Positions 36,554 to 48,700 of a stretch of 64,000 nucleotides of DNA are shown one piece after another. A program made the translations under genes and the position numbers. Within the stretch, counting starts at the first letter, position 1; the number at the start of each line of letters is the position of its first letter. The stretch is from NCBI GenBank assembly GCA_010909165.1, contig MU008160.1, positions 992,001 through 1,056,000 of the forward strand, written 5' to 3'. The notes beneath the pieces were generated by a model. It had not been told where the DNA came from. It worked only from the letters and a program-made list of their open reading frames with translations, and did not search any database. The DNA comes from Anthoceros angustus. Taxonomy: Eukaryota; Plantae; Anthocerotophyta.

Positions 36554-36733
36554 ATGGGGCGATCAAAGTCTCATCCATATGCAGAAGGTGAGATCAAGGG
36601 GGATCAGTTCACGGTCGTGTACGATGAGCCAACGCCGAAAGCGAGATCGCCGCATCTCGGGCCAGCTCTGCCTCAGCTAGGAGAGGACATCTCCCCCGTC
36701 CCTGAAAGTGCTCCCAAGGTTTGGCCGCATTGA
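36554..36733 (+). CDS. Candidate 59-aa small protein, unknown function
   Basis: Strong start context GCAGCCATGG directly after a TTTGCAG acceptor-like site. Sequence MGRSKSHPYAEGEIKGDQFTVVYDEPTPKARSPHLGPALPQLGEDISPVPESAPKVWPH. Confidence 0.45.
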   Translation: MGRSKSHPYAEGEIKGDQFTVVYDEPTPKARSPHLGPALPQLGEDISPVPESAPKVWPH

Positions 36734-38179
36734 GAGTGCGATGAGCGTCCTGTGTGCCTGTTTGAGCGCATTTGTGCTGATGTGTGTTGTTGCGCCTGAT
36801 TTGGCAGAAGAAATGGTACCATCGCTTTTGCAGCTCTCACTGAGCTCCGACTGCCTTCCGCTTGCAATGTTTTCGAGTTGTGAGGGGGCCACATCCGGAT
36901 GGAGCCAATGTTGCTCCTTGCGACGTTTTTGGTGGATTGTAGAATTTCGGGGTGGATGTGGGACGATCTGGCCTGGAGACTGTTTGTGCTTATCGGTGTT
37001 CAGGAATATGGCTCGCGATCCCCGTGCATCGTACTAGTAGTAGGAACGCCGTTGATAATGCTTTTCATGGATCTGACAAAAAGAAAAAGAAAAAAAATGT
37101 GCTAAACGTTCCTTGACGTGGTCTTAGAGTCTGTAAAGTTACAAGTGAGTCGGCCCCGTCTGCAAGCTTTCCGCTGGAAATGCTTGGGGATGGTGGACAC
37201 GATCTGTCTGTCATACGCGTATATTTCTTACACCTCCAGCACGTTCAGGATGGCGTTTGCTACGAGTTGGCACGTGCCTTTATCAGAAGCTTCCGACTAG
37301 CCTTCTCGTGACATGGGCGGCTGTGGCTTTACCAAAGGGTCAACAACGGCAAAGCATGAAACAGCTGGAACAAGTCATGTGGCTAACTTCAGCGCTTCCA
37401 GGATTGCCGCTGTTGAGAGATGTGATGTACCCCAGGTTGGGTGGCCTTCACATGGTGGGTTCAGTCCTAAAACGGAGGAATCCCAACCTTGGTGGACTGA
37501 AAAAAAACTTCTTGTCCTGACAGCTTATGGCTGTTTGCTGGTAGAGGACGAGAGCTGCAATCCATGGAACAGTTGGAGAAATGTCAGTCGAGTCTCGTAA
37601 CTTCAGGCGGGCACAGTTTGGATATAGAAGCAATACAATAATTCGCTGGATATGAGCTTATAGCCACAGCGACTGCACACAGGCTTATATTCATCATGTC
37701 AGACATTACAATTCTTAGATGCCATCCTACAACCACAGGTGAGCTGTAGGAAGACAACCAAGCTTACAGCTAGAATTGAACTGCAACTTGCACCACAAAT
37801 AGACAAAGCTTGACAGCCTCCGCATCCAACACCGGGCTGGCAAGACAAAATATGACTCACGTATTGAGACTCTGCTTCAAAACATCATGTGCCGGAGGGT
37901 GATGACCTGAAGTAGCAAGTGTTATCAATCTACCTGCATCTAAAATGGAGACTTTGCTCCACACCTGATGAGCACATCACATGCTCTCTGGCGCGTGGAA
38001 GCTTGAAATGAAACCCCCTCATAAAGCAGGTAGTTAGGTGGGCAATGGCCTGCCCTTACTGTTCTTGCTGACTCTTCGGCGGTCACTCATAAATGTGCGC
38101 TGAGCCTGTCCTTCCATGCTTGAAACAGTCCCGATAAGAAGCACCGCCATGTTGTTCCATACAGTACGGGCCACCAAGG

Positions 38180-39695
38180 CTATTCCTGTGGAGCGACACA
38201 TGGGCAGAAGCTGTGGTACCATTTTGGCTGCAACAGGGCATAGGGCAAGGTTAATTCACTCACTCAAGACCGAAGTGTAAAACTTGCAAGGCTGTGAAAC
38301 TCCACGAGACTTACCTCTGGCTTCTTCTCACGGCCAGGAGTCTTGTACAGATCCTCATCACCACGGCGTGCCGGTGACTCTGCCGGGAAGTTCGGACGTC
38401 CAGGCACCCCACCAGTGATCTTGTCATGGCGGGCACTTTCAAAGATTACAGTGAAACCATCGGCCTTGCCCCAATCACCAAACTTCGGCACACTTCGGTC
38501 CGGCTGGAGCATATCAACAGACGATGCATTAGGAATATGGAAATCTGAGATCAAGATGATGCAAAATCGTGAGACCAAAGACAATGAGCTGCTCCTTACA
38601 GTATCATTTGCCCTTCCTCCTGGTCGTAACCTGCTTGGGGTTGGGGGCGCAAGTACTGGATCCCCTGCAGTCCTTGCAGGAGAACTTGGCGACGGCCTTC
38701 CAAACCGCTGCTGATAAACTGGAGGGTGCACTGGTGACTGATTTCCATGCGAGCTGCCATGCGCGCTACCATGGGCGCTGCCGTGCCCACTATCCCCATT
38801 ACTTCGATCACTTCCAACACCTCCAGATCCTGTTCTTCCAGGTCCAACCCCACCTATAACTCCACCTGAGCCAGGGCGAGGAGGCTGACGAAGATCTGCC
38901 TGGGGTCGACTTGCTATAGGTTCAGATCCAGCTCGTCGGATTGGGTCAGGAACGGGATTACGACCATCATAGGGGTTGTTGCGACCAGGAGCCTCAACAG
39001 GCCGGCGCAAATCACTTTCCTCTACACTGGGCTTCCGATCATGCCGACCCCGCGGTGCTGCAGGCCCTGGGGCAGGGGGATTGCGTATACCAAACGCCTC
39101 AGGGTTCTCAGAAGGGTCATTAGGGTTGAACGCTCTCCCTCTCCCAAAAGCAGCAGGATTCTCAGATGGATCATTAGGGTTGAACTGGCCTCGTCCAAAC
39201 GCCCCAGGGTTCTCAGCGGGATCATTGGGATTCACCGGCTTCCCTCCTTTCCCTGCTCGGGCATGGTCAAACACGGCCGTAAAAGGCATGTGGTCATTGG
39301 CATCCCAGTTGCCAAACTTGGGAACATGAGTAGGACGCTTCTGCAAAGCCAAGCAACAAAAAAAAAATGTCAACACCAATGTACACCCCACAGAAACGGA
39401 TCCTGCCGCAAACATTCACGGCTTCCACTCAACAACGCACACGCCAATGTAGCTAATCAGGCGATCTCACAACCATCAGTAAATTCGACACACTAAACGA
39501 CGCATGGGCCGCGAAACAACCGCGGACCCTAACCACATTCACACCACAGCCCTGTCCAAGGCATCCACAACACAAACATCCAATCCCTCCCGGGCCTACA
39601 GCTCCAAACAGATAAACCTCGACCACATCCGCTTGAAGCAGCCGGTAGTAAACCAAACAGAAGCAACTCAGGCACAAACTCCTTACAGCTGCCAT
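38180..39695 (-). CDS. RIN4: RIN4/NOI-family protein; exons 39695-39687, 39340-38600, 38503-38315, 38227-38180
   Basis: MAA|KRPTHVPKFGNWDANDHMPFTAVFDHAR (N-NOI), PDRSVPKFGDWGKADGFTVIFESAR (C-NOI) and C-terminal PKWYHSFCPCVAPQE* with two cysteines. All introns are GT-AG. Confidence 0.92.
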
Positions 39696-40993
39696 GGCCG
39701 AAACTTCTCAACTCCAACTCCCTCAACCTCTGTTCCTGTTCCTCCTCCTCCGCAGAAGCCAGAGTACAGCACACGCCGCTACACCACTCACACGCTCGAA
39801 CACCGGCTCTCCGGAGCTCTCCTTCCCCAGCTCGATCGGCCTGCCAGTCTCAGCCTTCACATCCCCGTCCAGGAACCCCAACCCGTTGCAGCGCCTGGAT
39901 CCGGCCCTCACCCTGCGATGCTGAACCCCGGAGCCGCGTCCAGATCCAAGATCCTGATCCTTCCCCCCCAATTACACATACGGCTAGCTGCGGCTCGATG
40001 TCTGCGTCTCCGAATTCCAACGCCGGATCCGGCACATTGCACGCAGCGGCAGGCGCGAAGGAGGAAGGATGTGGCGGGAGGGAGGCGGAACACAACCCCA
40101 CACCACCTGACCAAATAGCTTCAGCTTGAGCTTCCGGCGTCGGATCCGGGGAACGCTCAATAGAGAGAGGAGGAGGAAGCAAGCTAGCCGGCCCCGCCCA
40201 GGCTGCGAGCGAGCTAAGATAAAGAGGAAAGCGCCCGCCGCAGCGCCAGCGACTCGACTCATCAGCTCCGCTCGCCTCGACTCGGTTTAGACAGAGCATG
40301 GCCATGTGTGCAGAGAGCGCATGGTCCGCACACGGCTTCATCTTGCCTCCATGTTGACAACGGAACCCCACGCAGTTTACACGCGTTAACCTTGTTGACC
40401 TCGCACACCTCGGTCAACGTGACGTTGTCTACTTTCTTCACAGAGTCCACATTGATGTGTATGTACATACGCTGTCCACCAGTCTTCCCTTCCATCCAAG
40501 GCACGCTAGTAAAGTATTATACGTAGGAAAAATGACCGATATTCTCCGGCCCTGTTTACCATTTTCAACATCTGCTGTTGGGGAGGCACTCCGACAGTTC
40601 GATTCGCTTGCCGGCACTCGCGTCTTTCTATCCCGAACTCTGCTCATAGTATATTCACGAGTGCAAGTTCAACGGGTTTGCAAATGTTGTTCGAATGCAA
40701 GTTCCACCGTACTATGGTGCCATGTGGCATTGTTATAGGGCATGTTAAAAGTGGACTTTTAGAACGTTCAGGCTGGCCTGGTAGGAGCTTTTAGACTTCC
40801 TTTCTTAATGCCAGCATGCTATCCGAAATATATGAAAACAAATATTTTTTGTTCTATTACTATTTTTTAATCCTCGATTAAAAGAACATCATTAGTAGCT
40901 TGCTACATGCCTTCCACAGCATGTCAACAATATGTGCCACATCACCAATGCCCTCACATTCGTAATTCATGCCACGTCAGCAATTCAAGACAA

Positions 40994-41260
40994 ACATCAG
41001 CAACCCAACTAGGTAGGGCACAGGTTGCACCGCTACAATATGGTGGACAAGTCCCTCATTACAAGGACAATTCCAACGCACATCAGCAACCCAACCAAGT
41101 AGGGCACAGGTTGCACCGGTACAATATAGTGCACAAGTCCCTCATTATAAGGACAATTATAACATACGTTTGCGATTTGCGGCACATCAACAATCTATCC
41201 GGGTGGGGCACAGGTTGCACTGTTACAAAATGGTGTAAAAGTCCCTCGTTGTAAGGACAT
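40994..41260. repeat. Three degenerate ~86-104-bp tandem units (ACATCAGCAACCCAAC..GGGCACAGGTTGCAC..AAGTCCCTC)
   Basis: Unit starts near 40994, 41080 and 41184. Confidence 0.75.
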
Positions 41261-41557
41261 GTGCACATGTTTTTTAATCGCACATGTTTTTTAATTTCTG
41301 ACCCATGTGCTGACATTCACGGGTAGCCTACGCATTTGTGCCACAATCTTCCCTTCTAAAACCTTATACAAAATATGTAAGCTTATAAATTGAAGACACT
41401 AACACAATATCCATGGGACTTAAGATGACTTTATCCCCCTTCAAAGGAGGTACTATGGAGTGAAGGTGAATAATCGAGACTTCAGGTCCCCGAGACAACA
41501 ACTCCTTTTATCATCCGTTGATACCCATTTCGGCACCCCCGTCAGCTCTTCTTAATA

Positions 41558-42400
41558 CAGTCCACCCTCCCTAATTGCTACCTCCATAAATGGGAAACCT
41601 CTCTAATTGGGAGCTAAATCCTTGTTCCCTTGAATGTGCAAAGGGCTAAATGGTAAATCAATTGAGAATTTTTTAGAAATTAGGTTAAGACATTCAATAC
41701 ATTTTTTCATCTCTAATTGAAAATATTATATATAGTAATTCTAGATTATAATGATTAAATTATGCTAAATCTAAAGTTCATATTTATATCATTGTTGTGT
41801 TCACATATGTCTAGTATTGTGTTTTTTCTTGGTAAGTGCTTTCTTGTCTATTTGTCTTTTTCTTGTCTAAGTTGTCTAGTCTTAGTTATTTAAGTTGTCT
41901 TCTTGATTATGTAAGTTCCATTCTTCATGCAAGTTGTTTCTTTGTTGTTTATATGTAAGTTGTATTCTTGATGCAAGTTATTTTCTTATTATTCCTTGAT
42001 GCAAATGTGTTGATCTTTTCTTTTCGTAACGTAGGAATCATGCAGCCTCGTAAACATTACTCCTTATCAAAAAAGCAGAAGAAAGAGATTTGTGAGTATC
42101 ATGCTTTCATGAGATTTGCGAGTATCATGCTTTCATGTTTCACAAAAAAAGAGTTATGCGGATGGGCAAGTGAGGGGTTTTCAATACTAGTTTCTACAAG
42201 TGTCCTGTCTCAAACTCTTATCAATAGTGCACATTTTTTGGCCCTTATCATTGCTCAAACAATTAACTTCATGGAAATGAAGAGATGTTGGGAATAAAGC
42301 CAACCTCTAGTTAAAGTAGGGTTGAATGAATCGTTGCGTAGGCTGAGTATATAGACATAACAAACAACCAATTTTGTACTCTTTTTCATTATTAAGCATA
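41558..42400 (+). mobile_element. pogo/Tigger-like DNA transposon 5' remnant (left TIR and CENP-B-type HTH)
   Basis: TA followed by CAGTCCACCCTCCCTAATTG at 41556-41577. ORF from 42040: MQPRKHYSLSKKQKKEICEY..KKELCGWASEGFSILVSTSVLSQTL. No right TIR was found. Confidence 0.6.
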
Positions 42401-42647
42401 GAAGAGTTTTGTGTGTGCATGCGCTTGTGTGACCTCTGCAAAGCAAATATGATATCAGAGCCTCCGATCGCTCTCTTCATTCATGATACCTTGAGAAATG
42501 CCGAAGCAGGGCGGTTCTGGTAGAGGGTCAAATAGAAGAGGCAACAGTGGTCGCCGTGGCATACGACCCCCAACATCATCACAGACTGCTCACCAGAGTG
42601 AATAGTGTCTACATGTTGACACAATACTAGACCTCTACAAACAGGAC

Positions 42648-45583
42648 CACCCCCACCTTCGGCTAAGAGACCTTGCGGACACACACTTAGGTGGAGAGGA
42701 GGTGCAGCGTCAAGCACACCTCTGAGCAGAAAGAAATCGTGAAGTCGATTCTCTGAACAAGGCCGTGCAGCGAAGGACAAAATCCTAACTTGCTCTGTCA
42801 CGGGACCCTCTAGATCATGCCCGCTTGTTGCTCAAAGACCTTCTTACGCGATCGATCCCCTCACCCTACATCCAGTGAGGGTAGTTAGAGCATTTCTAAC
42901 AAAATCTATGCAGCAACCATTAGGGTGGAGAAAACTTTGTCGTGTCTACTTTTAAATAAGGAAGTTCTAAAGAGTCAAGTCGACGATCTGGATTATCTTT
43001 TAGGACAGGCAATCTCTACAAGCTCCAACACAATTCAGCAACAAATCGGTGAAGTCGCCGACTTCCCCTACACGCGGTGAAGGGGCACAAGACGTCTCAG
43101 GGTGATCTACGCATCGCCGGCAAGCTGAAGATGTGTGGGTGACCAGCACATGTCGACCTGACCTCCACCAACTGCGAGCTTCACCACGTCCCTTCAACAT
43201 CCAGGACCTGCATCGTTTCACCTGAAATGGATGCCCAAGACAATTAGTCTTTGCTCTAGGTCAAAAAATATTGACATATAAGGTGATAGTCATACTTACC
43301 TCTTCTGCAATTGTTGCACCCCCACCTTGGCTAAGAGACCTTGCGGACACACACTTAGGTGGAGAGGAGGTGCGTAAGCACACCTCCGAGCGAGAAAGAA
43401 ATCGTGAAGTCGATTCTGAACAAGGCGCAAGCAGGACAAAATCCTAACTTGCTCTGCGGGACCCTCTAGATCATGCCCGCTTGTTGCTCAAAGACCTTCT
43501 TCGAACGATGCGATCCCCTCACCCTACATCCAGTGAGGGTAGTTAGAGCATTTCTAACAAAATCTATGCGAACCATTAGGGTGGAGAAAACTTTGTCGTG
43601 TCTACTTTTAAATAAGGAAGTTCTAAAGAGTCAAGTCGACGATCTGGATTATCTTTTAGGACAGGCAATCTCTACAAGCTCCAACACAATTCGAAGAACA
43701 AAATCGGTGAAGTCGCCGACTTCCCTACACGCCAGTGAAGGGGCACAAGGCGTCTCGGTGATCTACGCATCGCCGGCAAGGCGAAGATGTGTGGTGACCA
43801 AAGACATGTCGACTGACCTCCACCATGCGAGCTTCACCACGTCCTTCAACATCCGGGACTGCATCGTTTCACCGAAATGGATGCCCAAGACAATTAGTCT
43901 TTGCTCTAGGTCAAAAAATATTGACATATAAGGTGATAGTCATACTTACCTCTTCCGCAATTGTTGCACCCCCACCTTGGCTAAGAGACCTTGCGGACAC
44001 ACACTTAGGTGGAGAGGAGGTGCGTAAGCACACCTCCGAGCGAGAAAGAAATCGTGAAGTCGATTCTGAACAAGGCGCAAGCAGGACAAAATCCTAACTT
44101 GCTCTGCGGGACCCTCTAGATCATGCCCGCTTGTTGCTCAAAGACCTTCTTCGAACGATGCGATCCCCTCACCCTACATCCAGTGAGGGTAGTTAGAGCA
44201 TTTCTAACAAAATCTATGCGAACCATTAGGGTGGAGAAAACTTTGTCGTGTCTACTTTTAAATAAGGAAGTTCTAAAGAGTCAAGTCGACGATCTGGATT
44301 ATCTTTTAGGACAGGCAATCTCTACAAGCTCCAACACAATTCGAAGAACAAAATCGGTGAAGTCGCCGACTTCCCTACACGCCAGTGAAGGGGCACAAGG
44401 CGTCTCGGTGATCTACGCATCGCCGGCAAGGCGAAGATGTGTGGTGACCAAAGACATGTCGACTGACCTCCACCAGCGAGCTTCACCACGTCCCTTCAAC
44501 ATCCAGGACCTGCATCGTTTCACCTGAAATGGATGCCCAAGACAATTAGTCTTTGCTCTAGGTCAAAAAATATTGACATATAAGGTGATAGTCATACTTA
44601 CCTCTTCTGCAATTGTTGCACCGCCCCACACCCCACTCCCTACATGAGCCAGGTTAGTGTTATCCACATTGATAGGAAGCAATAGGACGTGTTAGTGGCC
44701 ATCTTCCTCTGGTCTTACCCACGAGTAGTGGCCCCTACGCATGTCCAAAGGTTCTGTCAATAACCTCTACAAGGACACCCCCACCTTGGCTAAGAGACCT
44801 TGCGGACACACACTTAGGTGGAGAGGAGGTGCAGCGTCAAGCACACCTCTGAGCAGAAAGAAATCGTGAAGTCGATTCTCTGAACAAGGCCAGGTGCGCA
44901 AGCAGAGGACAAAATCCTAACTTGCTCTATGCAGGACCCTCTAGATCATGCCCGCTTGTTGCTCAAAGACCTTCTTCGCAACGATGCGATCCCCCTCACC
45001 CTACATCCAGAGCTGAGGGTAGTTAGAGCATTTCTAACAAAATCTATGCAGCAACCATTAGGGTGGAGAAAACTTTGTCGTGTCTACTTTTAAATAAGGA
45101 AGTTCTAAAGAGTCAAGTCGACGATCTGGATTATCTTTTAGGACAGGCAATCTCTACAAGCTCCAACACAAAAGAACAAAATCGGTGAAGTCGACTTCCC
45201 TACACGATGAAGGGGCACAAGGCGTCTCGGTGATCTACGCATCGGCAAGGCGAAGATGTGTGGGTGAGCACATGTCGACTGACCTCCACCAACTGCGAGC
45301 TTCACCACGTCCCTTCAACATCCAGGACCTGCATCGTTTCACCTGAAATGGATGCCCAAGACAATTAGTCTTTGCTCTAGGTCAAAAAATATTGACATAT
45401 AAGGTGATAGTCATACTTACCTCTTCTGCAATTGTTGCACCGCCTACACCCCCACTACATGAGCCAGGTTAGTGTTATCCACATTGATAGGAAGCAATAG
45501 GACGTGTTAGTGGCCATCTTCCTCTGGTCTTACCCACGAGTAGTGGCCCCTACGCATGTCCAAAGGTTCTGTCAATAACCTCA
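42648..45583. repeat. Array of four ~650-bp units (starts 42648, 43317, 43967, 44776) with a ~150-bp spacer after units 3 and 4
   Basis: CACCCCCACCTTGGCTAAGAGACCTTGCGG...GCAATTGTTGCACC is repeated. The spacer ends in the start of the copia gag ORF. Confidence 0.92.
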
Positions 45584-45800
45584 TACAACAACTCCAAGGT
45601 CTTACCCTTAATCCTCGTCCCATGGCTACTAATCCTCCACCCGCTCAAACAAATGCTAGCCTTGTTTTTACATCTAAGCTGAAAGAGAAAGACCGCTTTA
45701 ATGGGACTAAGTACCAGGTCTGGAGGGTGTGCATGAAGTCGACCTTAGTCGCTCGGGGAATATTAGCCCAACTCAATTGCAGTGGCACTTTTAATTGGAG
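45556..45800 (+). mobile_element. Ty1/copia gag N-terminal fragment
   Basis: KLKEKDRFNGTKYQVWRVCMKSTLVARGI matches the gag N-terminal F/LxGxNYxxWxxxMxxxL motif. Confidence 0.7.
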
Positions 45801-45922
45801 GTCTGGATGAGGTTCTAGTACATGATGTCGAGTATCTCATCAGTTGAACGGAGATATGGGATCTGCTTACCTCCATATATGGAGTAAGGAACATTCTTAC
45901 CTTATGTGCTCCCCCGGGCCGA

Positions 45923-46629
45923 TTGGAGAGGTACATGGCAGCCCTGAACCAGAAGGTGACGGACCAGCAGCAATGGAAGAAAGAAGAGCAAAAGTTGCTG
46001 GTCCATCTGCGAAGGGCAGAAGGAGAATCCCGAGCCTTGACGGGACAGTTGGCCGCCCTACGAAGGGAACATGAGATAGAACGAGCCAACGAGAAGCAGC
46101 GGCTTCAGGAGCTAGCAAAAGCCTCCCTAACGGCTTCTAGGGATGCTGCCAAGGCCAAGCTAGAGGGTCTCAGGGATGGAACGGCCTAACAGGTGACTAG
46201 GCACGCCCGACTACTAGAGAACCTCCGGAGACGGGAGTACCGAGTTCTCAGGGCCCGCGTGGAGGAGGCCATCCAGCAGGTCGACTCGGACTGGCCTGCG
46301 CGGAGCTCTAAGGCGGTGGGTGCACCACGGCCGAGGTTGCGGGGCCACCAGAGGAGTCGGAGGGGACCTGGAGGGAAGAAGGTCTCGGAGAAAACGTGGC
46401 GGCAGGGAACTTGGGCGCCCTGTTTGGGGATGAGAGCAGCAGCGAGGAGGGCCCGACGGATGGAAGGCGGCTGAGGGAAGACGGCGGAGCAGCCACGACG
46501 GAGCAAGAGGTAGGTCCTCTGCACCCAGTGCCCAGCATGGAAGGTGTATGGGAAGGTGGTCCAGAGGAGGGAAGGCCGGGAAGGGACAAAGAGACGGCGC
46601 AGGGGAACATGGGTCAGGGGGACAAGTAG
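45923..46629 (+). other. Coiled-coil then acidic/Gly-rich ORF remnant, probably retrotransposon-associated
   Basis: MERYMAALNQKVTDQQQWKKEEQKLLVHLRRAEGE..., continued by frameshifted ORFs. No family recognised. Confidence 0.35.
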
Positions 46630-47399
46630 TCAGCAATAGCCTCACCACCGTAGATGTAGATAGGACCACGCCGGGGGCTGGGGCCACTCGCGCGTGCGTA
46701 GTTAGCTGGCAGCAGGACCAATTTAGGAATGTAATAAAGGCACTACCTCGGAACGTAGTATAAGAGGGGGGTTGCCATCCCAGTAATGTGATCTTTCTTT
46801 TGGGGTTGATGCCGCATTATACTTACAAGCTTTTGTGAGTCCAGTACTAATGCAAGTCCCGAGTCACCAAGCGGGCGGACTACTCTGGAGAGAATTATCC
46901 AGGTTCTGGTGACGGACCCTAACGCGTGGTGGTGAGTGCAGGTGTGGAGAAACCGGGACCCCTGCTCTTCTAGGGCGGGATCCCGACGGCCAGCAGACCG
47001 GAGCGGGCATAGAGAGCCAGTCACCAGGAGGGCGTGTAGAGCCTGGACTAGACAGACTGGTGGTCGCAAACACGGAGGTGCTGCAACCCACACACCAGGA
47101 CACGCAAATTCAATTAGGCACCTCTGGGGGCGGACGAGGTCGACAAGAGTGGAACGGCGAGAGAGTCACGAGTGAGAGGGAGAGAACACTGGGACGAGAA
47201 CGAGTCCTTAAACGTTCGGCCATACCGGGCTTGTACAGTAATGTACCGGTGAGACATGAAGTAAGTTGCGCGGCTATAGCTAGGTGACTGATATGGACGC
47301 TGAGGGTGTAGAGGATAATACGAACCTCGGTCTAGTTCCTCTAGCCCTACGCTCTAGTGCTCCGGTGCCCGCCCGGTAGAGTTCGCGCAAGGAAGGCGC

Positions 47400-48700
47400 G
47401 TGAGGCGGACTATGTCGTCCGCAATTGTGGGTTGTGGGAAGGCTACCAAACGCAGCAGAAGGGTAAGTTAGACAAACCGAGTAGGAAACCGCAAGCAGAC
47501 GGAAAGGTCATTCCCTTGGGACCGGACCCCATACCACAAGGACACGGGATTAGTGTACGCCCGACTGGCCGTCAGCGAAAGTAGTACCACAGCAGTTTAC
47601 GCTCCTCCTGTGCTACATGGGCGAAGATGATCCGTCCCCAGTCCGCCCGCTTGCCCCTCATGAGGGCATGCAGGAACACCAAGAGGTTATCCCCCAAGTG
47701 GTCTACCTTGATGAGCATGTTCCAGTGGACTATGATCTTGGCCACTGCCCTCACTTGTCGGTCCTTTAGGTCCGACGTCAGCCACCCGTTGGAAGACCTC
47801 TGGGCGTTCTGCTAAATTGGAAAGTCCGGCCCTCGCCGCCTCCAGCTTCCTCTTCCCCTTCAGGGGCTCCGGCAGCACCCCTCCGACCTCCTCCGCAGGC
47901 TGGTTGTACGCCGCCCGAAGGACCTCCACTGTCCGATGCTTAGGGTCCTCCCTCAGGCTCTTCGATCGGGCGGTCTTGTTTGCTGCTGCCAGCATCTTCA
48001 GAGCGTACTCCCAAACCAGGGCCATGCTATCATACATCCAGACCGCCTAGAATATGTCCAGGTGCCACTCCTGGACGAGCTCACCCGCCTCCTCCCGCTA
48101 GGGGCAAAAATCGGCGTAGCGCCGGGTGATGATGTTTTTCTCTACCAGCATCCAGGGCTCCAAAACCTCCGCCGCCTTCTTGGGAGCCATGCCTCCTCAC
48201 CGCTCATCTTGCTGCTGGAATAGTCCCGGCGTCGACACAACTTGCCGCGTCCTTAAACTCCGAGGGAAAAAGCACGCCGAGTCGATGCGGGTCCTCTAGA
48301 ACACTGCGTTCGAGATATGGAAGAAGGAGCGCTAGAGGGCTGGGTGTCTAAGTACGAGACACTGAGAAAACTGCCAAAACGCCGTGTCAGGAGGTGTTCT
48401 TTTCTCAGCTTTAGTGTGGCGGGCGTAATCGATGCGTGGGAAGATGTCCTTTCGTTGCCAGTAACTGCCACCTCTTTGCATCTTGTACTGCAACTTCACG
48501 CCCGCCGTCTTCTTGGCGCATGTCCTTGGGTCGTGACTACCTGTCTATTACGGTTGCTGACAATTCTGGGGTTTTGGCCCGCTGCATGTTAGACAGGGGC
48601 CAGCGTCCACGTGTCACTCTTCCTAAATTACATTCCGCGCTGTCGGGCCACCCAGGGTCCCTCCTCCTGTCCTTCCCCTCCGGAGTTACTCATCTTGCTA
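47400..48700 (-). mobile_element. Ty3/gypsy-associated accessory ORF plus leader (copy 3, the most complete)
   Basis: MAPKKAAEVLEPWMLVEKNIITRRYADFCP..LVWEYALKMLAAANKTARSKSLREDPKHRTVEVLRAAY..LLVFLHALMRGKRADWGRIIF. The leader at about 48430-48620 (reverse complement) matches 28510-28680. Confidence 0.7.

Noticed and set aside
38264-39415. 383-aa ORF taken as the RIN4 protein
   Set aside because: It reads through introns. The spliced four-exon model restores the MAA start and the C-terminal Cys motif.
46730-47400. Possible LTR beginning TGTAATAAAGG
   Set aside because: No second copy, PBS, PPT or TSD could be found in the window.
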